A stretch of 64,000 nucleotides of DNA, taken from NCBI RefSeq assembly GCF_009914755.1, contig NC_060933.1; one strand, given 5' to 3'. How positions within the stretch are numbered: position 1 is the first letter of the stretch; each line of letters starts with the position of its first letter. Positions 40,826-54,119 of the stretch are shown in pieces. This stretch comes from the human T2T-CHM13v2.0 reference genome, Homo sapiens. A program made the translations under genes and the position numbers. The notes under the pieces are model-generated. The model made no database searches. It was given only the letters and a program-made list of their open reading frames with translations, and was not told the origin of the DNA.

Positions 40826-43319
40826 CAGTCCAAATTTTCAGTATTAATTTCCAAGCATATAAAATGAGAATAATAGAAGATCAACTCTGATGGTTTACTA
40901 TGAGGATTAAATAAGATAATGGATACAAAGTTTTTAGCCCAGTTTCAGATACAAAACAACTGCTGCAAATGTAACAAGCTTTTACAGTTTTATTCTTATT
41001 ACTACCAAAATGAAATGATGGCTCCAACATTTAAATGTGAGCCTATTTCCCTTTGAATTCTATGTTATTTCCACGCTATCATGAAGCCTGGACAAGTCAG
41101 TAAATAAAAGGAGTAAGAAAGAAAGGGCAAGAATAATATATTAAAAAGCTCTCTCCATCCTTAAAACAGGCTTCATTATGTTGATTAGACTACAGGAAGA
41201 GCCCTCTGTAGCCCAGATTAGTACTTCCAAAATTTCAGAATTTACCAAGTTTAGTCATACTCCAGCTTTCTGGGTAGCATAATGGTACTTTATTGCCATG
41301 CTTAAGTTGATTCCTTTATATTCATATCATAGTTTTATAGTAAAATTTGCTCTTTATCAACACATATAGCATACTTATTGTGTTGATAAAGTGGCAGAAT
41401 ACAATGTATTTGAAGCAGAATACAACCTATTTAAGTGAGAGAAATATGTTCATACTTTATTCATGCTACTCTAAAATCATAGAATCCTCAATTTTTATAG
41501 TTCCCATAGGTAAAATTGTTTATAACTTTAATCCTTTGAAGATGAAAGAATGTTAAAAACTTAAAAAAATATAATCCTGAAAGCCTGGACATCTGTATAC
41601 TACTTTAAACTCAACCTTGTACTGTGCGACCTTGGCCAATCTGTCTGTTGGTATTTCCAAAGTTTTGGAAATAAGGAAAATAAAGCTTTTATTTTTTATA
41701 TTCACCTATGATAATATGTTTTGCACAGCACTAATTCATATATTGATGAACAGGTGTTCTCTTTCATTTCTGCTTTTTTATAAACATGACCTGGTCTATT
41801 AGTCAATCAATGGTCTTAGTCTGTAAAAGGTGGATGCATAATCAGTATTTAATTACTAGGCATGTTATTGTCATTGATTCCTGGAAAATGTGAGAATAGC
41901 TAAAAATCCTCACTTTTTATAAAAATGCACATGAACACATGCTCACACAATAAGTCCTGAATTTCAGCAGAAGCACGTACTCCCTACAACCCAGCCATGA
42001 ATGGGTCCACACCACTAAGATTCAGTTTCACTCTACTTTTCTAGTCCAGACACCCACCACAAGCCTAATATGGCAGTTGTTCAACAGTAAGTATGCTAGC
42101 CGCATTATCTGACATCAGCTTTATAAAGAGCTAGATAGAACACTGTCTTTGAAAAAGAGAGGGTATGATTTGGCTGAGAAGCCAGAAGAAAGAAATGAAG
42201 TAGGAGAGCCTGATTGCTGTAGGCATGAGAGGTGACAGCACAGTGTAAAGCTCTCTGCACCACTCTGTCTAATGGCAGAGTTCTACCACCTCTCTAGGGA
42301 CAAACTTGGACAGGTTCTCCCTACAGCAGCCAAGCGTGCTATTCTCTCTCCTTTTATTAGCAAGGCGTCTTCCACTGAAACCCTCCTCTGCCCAGTGCCA
42401 TGTACTATCCTAGAAGAGAAAGACTCTGAGCCTGGACTCCAGCCCTTTCTCTATGTTGAATTTTAGAATCTTCATGACTTACCAGATGAGATGGTTTTAC
42501 AAATGAGATGGCATCTGTGAATTGTCAGAGTGGCTGGCACAGAGTTGATAAAAACAACACAAAACAGCAACAAAAACCACTAGTTTTCTTCTGAGTCTTT
42601 TTTTTTTCTGATGATCTCCTTATTTTCCCACCTTCTTGTATATGACCTCATAACTCTTCATCAGATTTCATGACCCTTATTTCTTTACACAGCTGCCTTT
42701 CTGTATTCTAACAGTATACTCCAAGCATGATGCAAATGGTCTGGGGTATAGTTGCTAGAAAATGAAGGATGAGTGTATAAAGCAATAAATGAAAAACTAA
42801 ATGTATAAATAGAATTGTAATAACGTATGCGCATATGCCTGATACTTAGGTTATAGAAAACTCTTGGTGAATGTCCCTTCCTCAGGAAAGCCTGCTTTGA
42901 CCACATAATGTAGCCTTTACAGAAAGTTATGATTATATTTTTGTGGTTAGTTTTTGTCTTTCTTATAAAGACAAAAGACAGTAATCTTGTGTTTTTGTTT
43001 TTTGATTTTGTTCAGTTAGGAAGAAGGTTTACTCCTGGAACAAACATTGTACCTGGGTCAAATATTGGTCCTCAGTGTATGTGAGTAGAACAAATGAGTC
43101 ACTCACTTCTGCCTCCTACCTCCCATTTCTCCTTATTCTCCCCTTCATCTTTCCTTGTATCCTTTTTATTCGCTTTCCCTGGTTCTCACATTTATTCACC
43201 TCTTCTCTCTTTTTCACTCATTTAAAAAAATTTATATATGACCTTCCATCTTTTCTGCAAAATATAAAAACATTGTAATTGACGAAAATGAACATAAAAA
43301 ATGTGATGTTGATATTAAT

Positions 43320-43575
43320 AGTAATAACTTATTTAAGGTGTGCAATATGCCAGACATTATTCTAAGCATTTTACCTAAATTAACTCACTTAACCTTCCCA
43401 GAAATCCTATGAATCAGGTACTACTCTAGTCTCCAGTTCACAGAAGGGAAAACTGAGGCTTGGAGAAGTTAACGAGCTACTCCAGGTTATGGAGCTAATA
43501 ACTGTCAGAGATGGCTACAAACCAGAGGGTTTAACTTCAGAGTGTTAGGTCTTTAACCATTTAGATACACTACCT
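43320..43575 (-). mobile_element. Near full-length MIR
   Basis: TATGCCAGACATTATTCTAAGCATTTTAC...CAGAAGGGAAAACTGAGGCTTGGAGAAGTTAA...CTTTAACCAT. Confidence 0.8.
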
Positions 43576-44337
43576 CCCTAAAGCCTCAATGGCCTCAAGT
43601 AACACATTTTCCGAATCTTTGGAGAGCTTTGGATTTTATGATAAAATAAGATAGCTTTTAAATTTTCTTTGTTACTCTTTCACCAGTTTCTAAGAAAATT
43701 CACTTCACATTATCATTCTGAAAATAGATCTGACTGGATTGAAACTCTGAACCACTCTGGCCTCCCCTGCTGTCAACAGCAGCCAGTTCTTGATCTGGGG
43801 AATTATGGGTGAATCTTGAACCTGTCAGGCTGCCTGACCAGGTCCTTGTCCAGTGGGTGAATGACAGCAGCAACATTTCTGTGTCTACTTGATGTGCCGT
43901 CTGGGAGCAGCCAAATCTCAGAGCTCTGTGCAGGATATCTGCAACTAAAGCCCCTAGTAAAATGCTGTGTTATGAATGAAAGTGGGCATGAGGTCAGAAT
44001 GAAGGCACTGGCTGGGAGTCAGCATACCTGAGCTATAATCTTTCTTCAAGATCCCCAGCTGTGTGATATGGGGCAAGCCACTTAACATTTTCAAACCTCC
44101 ATTTCTCTAGCTATTATATAAAGGGGTTTGGCTAGTACATCTTTCAAGGTCCCATTTATCTATAAAATTCTCCGAAACTCATTTAAAACAACACACAAAA
44201 GAAGAAAAGCAAAATAATGAATTGTCAGTTCAGTCAATTTGACCCCGAGGCTGCAACTCTGAAATTTAAATCAGAGCCTATATGAAACTATCTTCTTCCC
44301 CTCTCCAAAGGATGTCACTACTGAGTATTAGAATACC

Positions 44338-44362
44338 AAAAAAAAAAAAAAAAAAAAAAAAA
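44338..44362. repeat. A25 homopolymer
   Basis: Uninterrupted run of 25 A. Confidence 0.95.
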
Positions 44363-44589
44363 GAGGGAGAGTAATAAGTGATGGCTTATGAAGAGCAGTA
44401 AAACAAATGAAAATCAGCTGTGAAGGTGAGTCAGGTGCTGGGAGGTGGTAGAGATCTGTAAGAAGGGACCATTAAAGTAAGAACAATGAAGAAGAAAAAT
44501 GGGCCTAATGTGATCTGAGAGATGGAGCTGGAGACTATGTAGGGAAAAAGTGGTGGCTGAAGCAGAACTTACCTGAGTCTGAGGCTGGA

Positions 44590-45180
44590 TGTGTTGTTAA
44601 ATTTGGCTTTTAGGAATAGTCCTCTCAAAGTGACTCAAACAACAAAGAGGACTTATTTATGACCTCATAAAGTGGAAGGTCTTCAGTATGTTTCATTCAG
44701 TAGCTCAGTGGTCTCTCTAAGCAAGTAGCTTTCTTCTGTCTCTCTACTCTGCCTTCCTTTGTGCCAATTTCAACATCATTATAAGGCTGGCTTCACTCCT
44801 GGGGTCAAGATTGTTAAGCTACTTCTTGTACTACAATTTCCCAGTAACTACTAGTGGGTTGGTTTTTGATAGCTTACCCGGAAGGGCAAGTAACTATTTC
44901 TATAAAGCCCTTAGAAAATCTTCTCCCATGACTCATTGATTCAACTTTAATCACATACACATTTTTATATCAATGCCACTGACCATGGGCATGTTGTCCT
45001 CTGACTGGCTTAAGCCTCTGTTACCTGAATTAATCACTATAACAATGGGGTGGGGTTCCCTATGGGATTAGATAAATTTTAAATAGTACAAGAAGAGCTG
45101 GGACACTTAATCTCCTCTAAACCCATGGCTGCTTCCCAATGAAAAAGGAGAAACATGGGTATTGGCAGACAGCAACCATG
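44590..45180 (-). mobile_element. Old MLT1 (J/K/L-like) LTR
   Basis: AAAGTGACTCAAACAACAAAG...TCTCTCTACTCTGCCTTCC...CTCATTG...CTGACTGGCTTA...GGGTATTGGCAGACAGCAAC. Confidence 0.5.
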
Positions 45181-46484
45181 GCTATATCATGAAAAGACAA
45201 AACAAAGCAAGAACAAATACTTAAAAGAAATGACAATGCAGTTTATCCTGAGAACTAGCTTCGATTGATTGGAGTACAATAGGCACTGAAAAAGGCAGCC
45301 TGAATGTCATGTGTTTGCAACTCTTGACTTAGCAGGAAAGCATATTAAAAAGAAGAAACATATGTTGCCTGATTTTCGAAATCCAGTTATTTAGAATCCA
45401 GAAAAGACAAGGCATGGCTAGGTAGCCTTCAGACTACATTTGGCCCTGTATCTGTACCATATTACCCTGTACTACTAAAAGTTGGGTTTACTTAATAGGC
45501 TTCTCAAATTCTGCAATTTTTGCCTATAGACTTGGCAGAGTAAATGAAAAAATTAAGACAAAATTAACACGACAAATGAAATGAGATGGAACTGAATTTG
45601 ATGCATAAAGTCTTTATTACATCTAGGAGGGAATAAAAGGAGCAAACTGCATAGAACACAGTCTACAACCCATGATCATCCTGAACCTGTCTCCTGGTCA
45701 TTAGTACATGGGCATCAGAGAATAGACGGAGATATTGCTCATTCAGTTTTCCAGGCTTAGACCTAACCTCACAAGTGGCGTGATACAATTGACAAAAGAG
45801 ACAGGCAAAAGTTGGTAAATCACTGTGTACAAATATTGAATTCAATAAATATGTGTTTAGCATTACTCACGTACATATTTTTCTATAAGAAAATCTAGTA
45901 AATGTAGATATATGTTCTATTTAAAATAAATTTCCAGTCTACCTGGAATGTGGGTAGGGGTGGCCAGTGTTGATGAAGGTTCAACCAGGAAAATAAAAAC
46001 TATTCTGAGGGGAAACCTAGTACAAGGAATTTATTACACAAGTGATGGAAGAGAAGAGAAGACAATGAGGGTCAGGGAGGCACCCCAAGACTATCAACAG
46101 CTGAACTACACAACCATCCCTAATTTTTAAAAGGAAAGGAGACAAATCGTGATATTGCTAGATTCTGAGACAAGGTCTCATAGAACCACAGGAAATTTGT
46201 CCAATGGACTAAACAGAGAAACAAAGGAGAACCAGCCACGAGTATAGACATCACCTAAGGTGGAAGTGGAGGTGGGTGTTGAGGGACAAATACTCTGAAT
46301 TCTCCCATCCTCTCACCCTCCAATACCATTTCAGTGCTCCTGTTGTTTGAATATCTATGTATCTCTTCATATGAGATTCTGGACCATGCAGTATACAGGG
46401 CTATATTCCACAGAACAGAGATATGGAAGAAGAAAGTATTAAGCTTATGAAAACCAGGCAGGACTGACAGAAACTGTCATAATA

Positions 46485-46735
46485 GCTATAATTTCTTACT
46501 TACTATGTGCTAAAGGAGGATGCTAAATATTTTGCATACCATTTTATCTCGTCCTCCCAACAGACTCATGAGATAAGTTCTATTATCAGTCTTATTTTTT
46601 CAATGAGGAAACTTCCTTGGAACAGTTAAAGAAAACGAAAGAACTTCCTCAAATTATATGGCTTATTAGAGGCTGAGCCAAGATTCAAATCCGTGTCTGC
46701 TAGTCTGTCAAGCCCAAGTTTTCCACCCTAAGTTG
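46485..46735 (-). mobile_element. MIR
   Basis: CTTACTATGTGCTA...CTCCCAACAGACTCATGAGATAAG...GCTGAGCCAAGATTCAAATCC. Confidence 0.65.
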
Positions 46736-47014
46736 ATGACACAGACTACCATAGCAGGCAGGCTGTAAGATGTGTCATAACATGCCCAAGTTCTTCATGA
46801 AAATGGTAAGAGTTTGCACTGGGTGTATCTAAGAAGCAATTATAAAGGCTAGGACATTGGAGTTATTTCTTCAAAAATAAGAGCACAGAAATGAAATGGG
46901 CAAAAAAAGATATGGTGATAATTAGGGAAGCAGTGCTGGAGACACTAGTGCAAAAGGGAGAGAGAGCATAGGTATGAACAATGACAGGAAACTGCAGGAC
47001 ATTTTAAAGAAGGG

Positions 47015-47016
<2 letters not shown>

Positions 47017-47059
<43 letters not shown>
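47017..47059. repeat. (TG)n(AG)n compound microsatellite
   Basis: TGTGTGTGTGTGTGAGAGAGAGAG... Confidence 0.95.
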
Positions 47060-47328
47060 TCTAGTTTAAATATTGTACAGAATAACATTCAAAATATAGT
47101 TTAGAACCTGAGGTTAGAAGGCCTCTGATTTAGGCTAAGAGTGCATTTTAAAAGAAAACAAAAACACATATAATTTATAATAATTTTTTAATGTTTGCAT
47201 AATTCATAAAACTCTTCTAAATCCATTATTCTCCAACCAGCCTTGATATAACTCAGACTATTTTTGCTGATTGTACATGATGGCACTGAGGCTCAAGAAA
47301 GGTAATCAACTTTCCAACTATTGCATAC

Positions 47329-49768
47329 TGACAGAGTTTGCATAATTGTCCCTACCCAAATCTCATGTTGAAATGTAATCCCTAATGTTGGAGGTGGGGC
47401 CTGGTGGGAGGTGTTTGGGTCATGGGTGTGGATCCCTTATGGCTTGGTGCTGTCCTTGTGATAGTGCATGAGTTCTTGAAAGATCTGCTTGTTGTAAAGT
47501 GTGGCACCTCCCCACCCACTTTCTCTCTTACTCCTGCTTTTGCCATGTGACATGCTTACCCCTGCCTTACCTTTCACTATGAGCAAAAGCTCTCTGAGGC
47601 CTCTTCAGAAACCAAGCAGATGCCTGTGCCATGCTAGTACAGCTTGCAGAACCATGAAACAATGACATCTCTTTTCTTTATAAATTACCCAGTCTCAGGC
47701 ATTTCTCTGTAGTAATGCAAGAATGGCCTAACACAGAAAATTAGTATTGAGGAGTGGGGCATTGCTATAAAGATACCTGAAAATATGGAAACAATTTTGG
47801 AACTGGAAAATGGGAAACTGGAAGAGTTTGGAAGGTTCAGAAGAAGATAGGAAGATGAGGGGAAGCTTGGAACTTCTTACAGACTGGTTAAATGGTTGTG
47901 ACCAAAATACTGATAATAATATGGACAGTGAAGGCCAGGCTGATGAAATCTCGGACAGAAAATAAGAAAGTTACTGGGAACTGGAGTAAAAGTCACCCTT
48001 GTTATGGCTTAGCAAAGAGCTTGGCTAGCAAAGAGCTTGGCTGCATTCTGCTTATGCCCTAGGGTTTCTGTGAAAATTTGAACTTGAAAGTGATGATTTA
48101 CGGTATCTGATGGAAGAAATTTCTAAGGAGCAAAGTGTTTAAGAAGTGGCAAGGCTGCTTCTAACAACATATACTCAGATATGGAAGCAAATAAATGACT
48201 TAAAGTTGGAAGGTATATTTAAGGGAAAAGAAGAGTGTACAAGTTTGGAAAATTTGCAGCCTGGCCATATGGCAGAGAAAGGGAAAACTTCTTCAGGAGA
48301 GGAATTCTGGCAGGTTGTGGAGCAACCACTTGCTATAAGATTTATGTAATAAAAAAGCTAGGTGCTGATAGCCACAAACATGGCAAAAAGGCCTTGAAGG
48401 CATTTCAAAGTGTGATGGAGGCACTCCCTTCCATCACAAGCCTGGAGGCCTAGGAGGACTAAATGGTTTTGTGGGCCAGGGCCAGGATGGTGCTGTCCCA
48501 CACAGCCTTGAGACACTGCTCCCTGCATCCAGGCAGCTTCAGCTTCAGCTGTGGCTCAAAGGGCTCCAGTACAGCTAGGGCTGCTGCTTTGGAAAAGGCA
48601 AGCCACCATAAGCCTTGGCAGCTTCCATGTGATATTAAGTCTGCCAGCCCACAAAGTGCAAGAGTGAAGGGGGTTTGGCAACCTCTGTTTAGATATCAGA
48701 GGATGTATGAGAAACCCTGGGTGCCCAAACAGAAGCCTGCTGCAAATGCAGGCTCTCACTGAGAACCTCTATTAGGGCAGTATGGAGGAGAAATGTGAGC
48801 TTGGAACCCCAACACAGAGTCATCACTGGGGCACTGCCTAGTAGAGCTGTGAGAAGGGGGCCACTGTCCTCCAGACCCCAAAATGGTAGATCCACTGGCA
48901 GTTTGCACCCTGTGCTTGGAAAAAGCTTTAGGCACCTGCAAGAGCAGCTGCAAGGGCTGAACCCTGCAAAACCACAGGGATGGAGCTGCCCAAGGCCTTG
49001 AGAGCTCATCCTTTGCACCAGTGTACCCTGGATGTGGGACATTAAGTCAAAAGAGATTATTTTGGAGCTTTAAGATGTAATGACTACCCTGGGTTTCAAA
49101 CTTGCATGGGAACTATAGCCCCTTTCTTGTGGCCAATTTCTCCCTTTTGGCACAGGAATGTTTACCTAATGCATATACCACCAATGCATCATGGAAGTAA
49201 CTAACTTGTTGTTGATTTTACAAGCTCATAAGTGGAAGGAATTTACCTTGTCTTGGATGAGACTTTGGACTTTCAAATGAATTCTGGAATTATTTAAGAC
49301 TTGGAGGAAGGTATGATTATATTTTATAATGTGAGAAGGATGAGATTTTGGGGTCCAGGGGGTGTAATGATATAGTTTGGATATATCTCTTGCCCAAATC
49401 TCATGTTAAATTGTGATCCCCAGTGTTGGACATGGGGTCTGGTGGGAGGAGTTTGGGTCATAGGGAAGGATCTCTTATAGTTTGGTGCAGTCCTCACCAA
49501 AGTGAGAGAGTTTTCACAAGGTCCAGTTATTTAAAAGTGTGTGGCACCTCCCTGCAAACCCCTGCTCCTGCTCTGCCATGTGAGATGCCTGCTCTTGCTT
49601 CATCTTCTGCCATAAGTCAAAGCTCCCTGAAGCCTCCCAAGAACCAAAGCAGATACCTGTGCCATGCTTGCACAACTTGCAAAACCATAACCCAATTAAA
49701 CTTCTGTTCTTTGTAAATTACACAGTCTCAGGTATTTGTTTATAGCAATACAAGAACAGCCTAACACA
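47329..49768 (+). mobile_element. Complete MST (MSTB/MSTA-like) MaLR element: LTR 47329-47735, internal 47736-49367, LTR 49368-49768
   Basis: Two similar ~400-bp LTRs (CCCAAATCTCATGTT...CCTAACACA); ~1.6-kb MST-int with TTGCTATAAAGATACCTGAAAAT and GAAAATTTGCAGCCTGG; TSD CATAC/CATAG; splits a MIR. Confidence 0.93.
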
Positions 49769-51366
49769 CATAGTAAATATTACATGAGAGTCAAGACTGG
49801 AACTCTTGCTGCTTAGCTCCTAATATCAGATCTCTTTGCATATAATCAATATGAATTTGTGAATAAATTATATATTTGGCTTCAAGACACAGCAACTAAT
49901 TCTAGATAACTTAAAGGAAAAGAAGCCTCATTATAAGCATAAAAGAGAGAGTCATGTTTCCTTGAGGTAAAGATACAACTAAGACAGCCTGATACTGGGA
50001 CTCAGGTGAAAAAAACCATGTTAATTTTATCTTGATCTGTTTAATCTTCTCCCAGACCAATAACTTTCCTCACTTTTTCAGTCCACTTAGAAAGAATAAG
50101 AAAGAGGGAGATACCCATGTCATCATAGAATCTGGATTTAAGTTCTAATAACCCAAAATTATCTCTCCCTCTCTCTCTCCACCCCAAACTCTCAGGAAGA
50201 AACTGTAACTAGACTAGTTTTGATCAGGCATCTCTGTTTAATCCAATCAGCATGAGAAATATGTGTATATAGTCACATAATTAAAAATGGTTGGCAGGAA
50301 CTCCCAGTAAAGTGAGGTTACTGGAGAACATTACTTCAAATGGTATTTATCACACTATGACTGTATTATAAGAATTTTTCTACTGTCAGATGGGAGAAAA
50401 GGCCATGTTTCTGTTTATCAATAAAGGCTCTAGACCAGCACAGAAAGAAGCAGGATGATCAATTGCTCAGATTGCCTGAAGAGCAAACCCATGCCTCCTC
50501 CTGAGCAATGCCCATCAAGCAGAGAAAACAGAGGGAGTGCCTTAGGTCTCTCCATTAGTTCACATCCAACCTGGCGACTTCTAGTCCTCCAGAGTCTTTT
50601 GCTCAGGCAAAAGGAAGTCTGCCACATGAAGAAGATTAAGAAGACTCATTCACAAGTTGTTATTTCATTTTAAACCTGAGAACCTGACTCTCTGGGATGC
50701 ACCACTCTTAATAAGCTTAGAATGAATTCGACATTTTATAATAAAAATGTCCCTTAGGTGGGTACAGTTAACAAAGCACCTTTATTGCTGTGATGTCATT
50801 TGATTCTCACAGCAACTTTTTATCATGGGAAAGATAGGAAAAGCTTTTTGTTTCCCTATTTCACACATGAGTCTACTGAGGTTCATAGAGGCTCACAGCA
50901 TCATGAGGTAGTTTGTGCCATTTCGATTAGATGCCAGGTCTCTTTATTCCCAATCCAATGTTCTTTTCTATTATACAACAATTTTTACCTTGTAAGATCC
51001 CTCTCCTATTTCTTTCTTTTCTTAAATTTTATTAACCACCCCTCTTTGGCATCTCTTTATCACCTTAAATGTATTTTTCCTTCTAGAACATAAAATTGTT
51101 TGCTATAATTGAGTCTCTTTGTTTACAACCATGTTTTCCCTTTCATTGCCTATTGTTTCATTTGGAGATATGCAGCCAGCATTACAACAGGTATCTACTT
51201 TTCAACATGTGAGATGCTCATCTGATGAAATTACAATTCCTAGCTAAAAGAAGCACTCAAAATAAAGTATACACTGAAGAGAGACCCATGCCTGCACTGG
51301 ATTACCTTGGTTGCTTGTCAGAACGTTATTACCCAAACTCCTTTTTCCCTTTCTTATCTCTTCATC

Positions 51367-51794
51367 TATCTTAGACTGTTCTTGCATTGCTATAAAGAAA
51401 TACCTGAGAAGCGGTAAGTTTGAAAGAAAAGAGGTTTAATTGGCTCACAGTTTTGCAGGCCATACAAGCATTGTGCTGATGTCACTTGGCTTCTGGGGAG
51501 GCCTCAGGGAGCTTTTACTCAAGGTGGAAAGCGAAGTGGGAGCATGCATGTCACACAGTGAATGCAGGAGCAAGTGAGAAGGCGCAGAGGGAGAGGTGCC
51601 ATACACTTTTAAACAACCAGATCTTATGAGAATGCAGAGTGAGATCCCACTTACCACCAAGGGGGCAGCTCAAGTGATTCATGAGGGATCAACCCCCATG
51701 ATCCAAACACCTCCCACCAGGCCCCAAGTGCAACACTGGGGGTTATATTTAAACATGAGATTTGGACAGGGACAAATAACCAAACTACAGATCA
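51367..51794 (-). mobile_element. MSTA/MSTB solo LTR
   Basis: TTCTTGCATTGCTATAAAGAAATACCTGAG...GGCTTCTGGGGAGGCCTCAGGGAGCTT...CCCCATGATCCAAACACCTCCCACCAGGCCCC. Confidence 0.9.
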
Positions 51795-51874
51795 TCCCTA
51801 ATTTTTTCTCTGAAAAATCATTTTTCAGAATTTGTTTTACAGTTGAAATCTGAAGAAATGGTGCCCCTAACATC

Positions 51875-52161
51875 TTTTTTGTATTTTTAAAAGGAGTCTC
51901 ACTCTGTGGCCCAGGCTGGAGTACAGTGACACAATCTCAGCTCACTGCAACCTCTGCCTCCTGAGTTCAAGTTATTCTCGTGCCTCAGCCTCCCAAGGTA
52001 GCTGGGATTATAGGAGTCTACCACCTTGCCCGGCTAATTTTTGTAGAGACAGGATTTCACCATGTCGGCCAGGCTGGTCTTGAACTCCTGGTCTCAAGTG
52101 ATCATCCTGCCTTGACCCCTCAATGTGCTGGGATTACAGGCATGAGCCACTGTGCCAGACC
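51875..52161 (-). mobile_element. AluS (Sx/Sz-like)
   Basis: Antisense Alu with shortened linker; TSD AACATCTTT. Confidence 0.92.
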
Positions 52162-53229
52162 CCAACATCTTTATTTTTCAAATTCAATGGTTTGGCATTG
52201 GAGAGAGCCAGTTGTAACTCACCGTCACACAATGCTGCTACCATTTCCCAGGAAGGTGGTTCTTCTCTATAACCCTCTTTGGACATGCATGCTTTTGGAA
52301 TTTGTATGTCCTGAAGTTGGGAAACAGGACAGAAATTGGTGAAGTTTTTAGGTATACTAGTATCCAGGTAATGGACACAGGAAGTAAAAACAAAGTCTCT
52401 TTGGATATCTGCATTCACCAGAATACAGCTTGGAATTCTGAACGTGTGATGCTGGAGCCAGGACCAACTGCAAAGATCCTTTGGCATTGTGCCGTCGAGG
52501 AAACTGAGGTAAAGTATAACAGAGGGACTTGCTGAGAGTCACCTGCAACATCCCAGGTCAGCGAGGTGTGCAGTAAACTTTGCTGTGTCCCTTTGGTTTA
52601 CAGGCTGCTGCCCCTTTGTATTGAAATGAAGCATGCAGGAGGACTCAGTGAAATTACCTTTGGAAATTTCCAGCTGGGTTGTACCCTCTTAATACCAGGT
52701 TTAAATGCACGGGGTGGGTGTAAAGAATGTTTCCAAAGGGTGGGCTGTGGGGATGGTGGAGTTGGTGATGGAAAGGAGAGACATGGAAAGAAATGGTTTT
52801 TATGATGAGATTCTCACCAGTAGCTAAAATCATCCAATGCTGTGGAAGGGGGGAGTTGTGTGTGATGTGTGTTGAATTCTGGATAGCTATTTAAGCTGGA
52901 AGTGGTGAATTCATGGGCTATGCTGGGTCTCTTGGGAGATGGTTCAACCTTTCCTTTGTCCTTCCCCTAGTAGGAACCAAGAAGGGGAGGGCATGGAAAT
53001 GGCGGGTGGGTGAGGTTTAACACAATTTTGAAGTCTACCAAAACACACATCTTTCTGCTGAGCAAATCATGGTGTCTCCTGGGCACCAACCTAGGAAAGT
53101 GAGTCTTAATCATGAGGCGATCTGTGCAGCACCAAAAAGCATTTGATCTGGAGTGGCAGTGGGAGGGTAATCCAGAAAAGCTGGCCTCAACTCATAATAA
53201 AGGAGTGGTGGGCCTATTTATTAAAATAG

Positions 53230-53470
53230 TAATAATGAGCCAGCAAACATTAAAAGAGCTTGACCGTATGCTGGGCACTGTCCCTGGCACTTGCCCTCAA
53301 TTATTTCATTTATTTATCACCTCAAACCTATCTGTGAAAGTAAGTATTGTTATCACTGTGATAAAAATGCATAGGATTAGAAAAGTTAACTAATTACCAA
53401 GATCACAAAACTGTCAGTGGAGAAACAGGATTGTAATTCAAGTTAATCTGTTCCAAGGCCTGTGCTCAGT
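53230..53470 (-). mobile_element. MIR
   Basis: TATGCTGGGCACTGTCC...AGAAAAGTTAACTAATTACCAAGATCACA. Confidence 0.65.
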
Positions 53471-54119
53471 AATAGATACAAGTAATTTCATAGTATTCTT
53501 GCATAACAAAAACAGCCTGATTTTTGAAGCCCAATTCTAAGTCCTGTCTGAATCCTGAATCTGCACTTCTAACCTTTATAAAACTAGATCTTTTTCTAAC
53601 CTCTTGGTTAGAAATCAAAAGTGCTCAAGAAAATCAGTCAGTAAATGGAAATCAGACAGGGCTGGGTAAATAGCGAAGTATGGTGAGAAGGGAAGGATCA
53701 AACAAAATGGTTATCAAAGAACAAAACTGTGTTGAGAAGCCAAGCAGGCAAGCTGAATATAAAAAGCTCATGGTTATGAGAAAGAATTCACTTTAACAAG
53801 CTTGTTTTTCCATTCTCTCCCCCCAGCTGATCTGATGACAATCTCATTCCAACTAAATTCTCTTGTGTCGTAAATCTCTGTTTTTCCATTTCATTTTTTC
53901 TCACCTATTTTATTTTTGTTCCATTAAACACCACCTCCACTTCCTTCCTGACCACTTCATTTTCTGCCTGGCCTTGAGATGCTCCCCAAGCATCTCAACA
54001 GCTTGACTTCTTCCTCTGCTAGGGGACTAATAGCTTTTTGTTGATCTACTGGCCATCTGGAAGCCAGAGCAGCCTCTACCCCACACAGGACCCAGGGAGA
54101 GAAACCAGTGTAGGTGGTG

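Noticed and set aside
42080-42095. Strong-looking donor ACA|GTAAGT (also acceptor-like sites at ~18072 and ~53827)
   Set aside because: No convincing partner site; isolated splice motifs are common
48146-49042. Cluster of ORFs in the MST internal region
   Set aside because: Broken remnants of the MaLR internal ORF or chance antisense frames; no intact product
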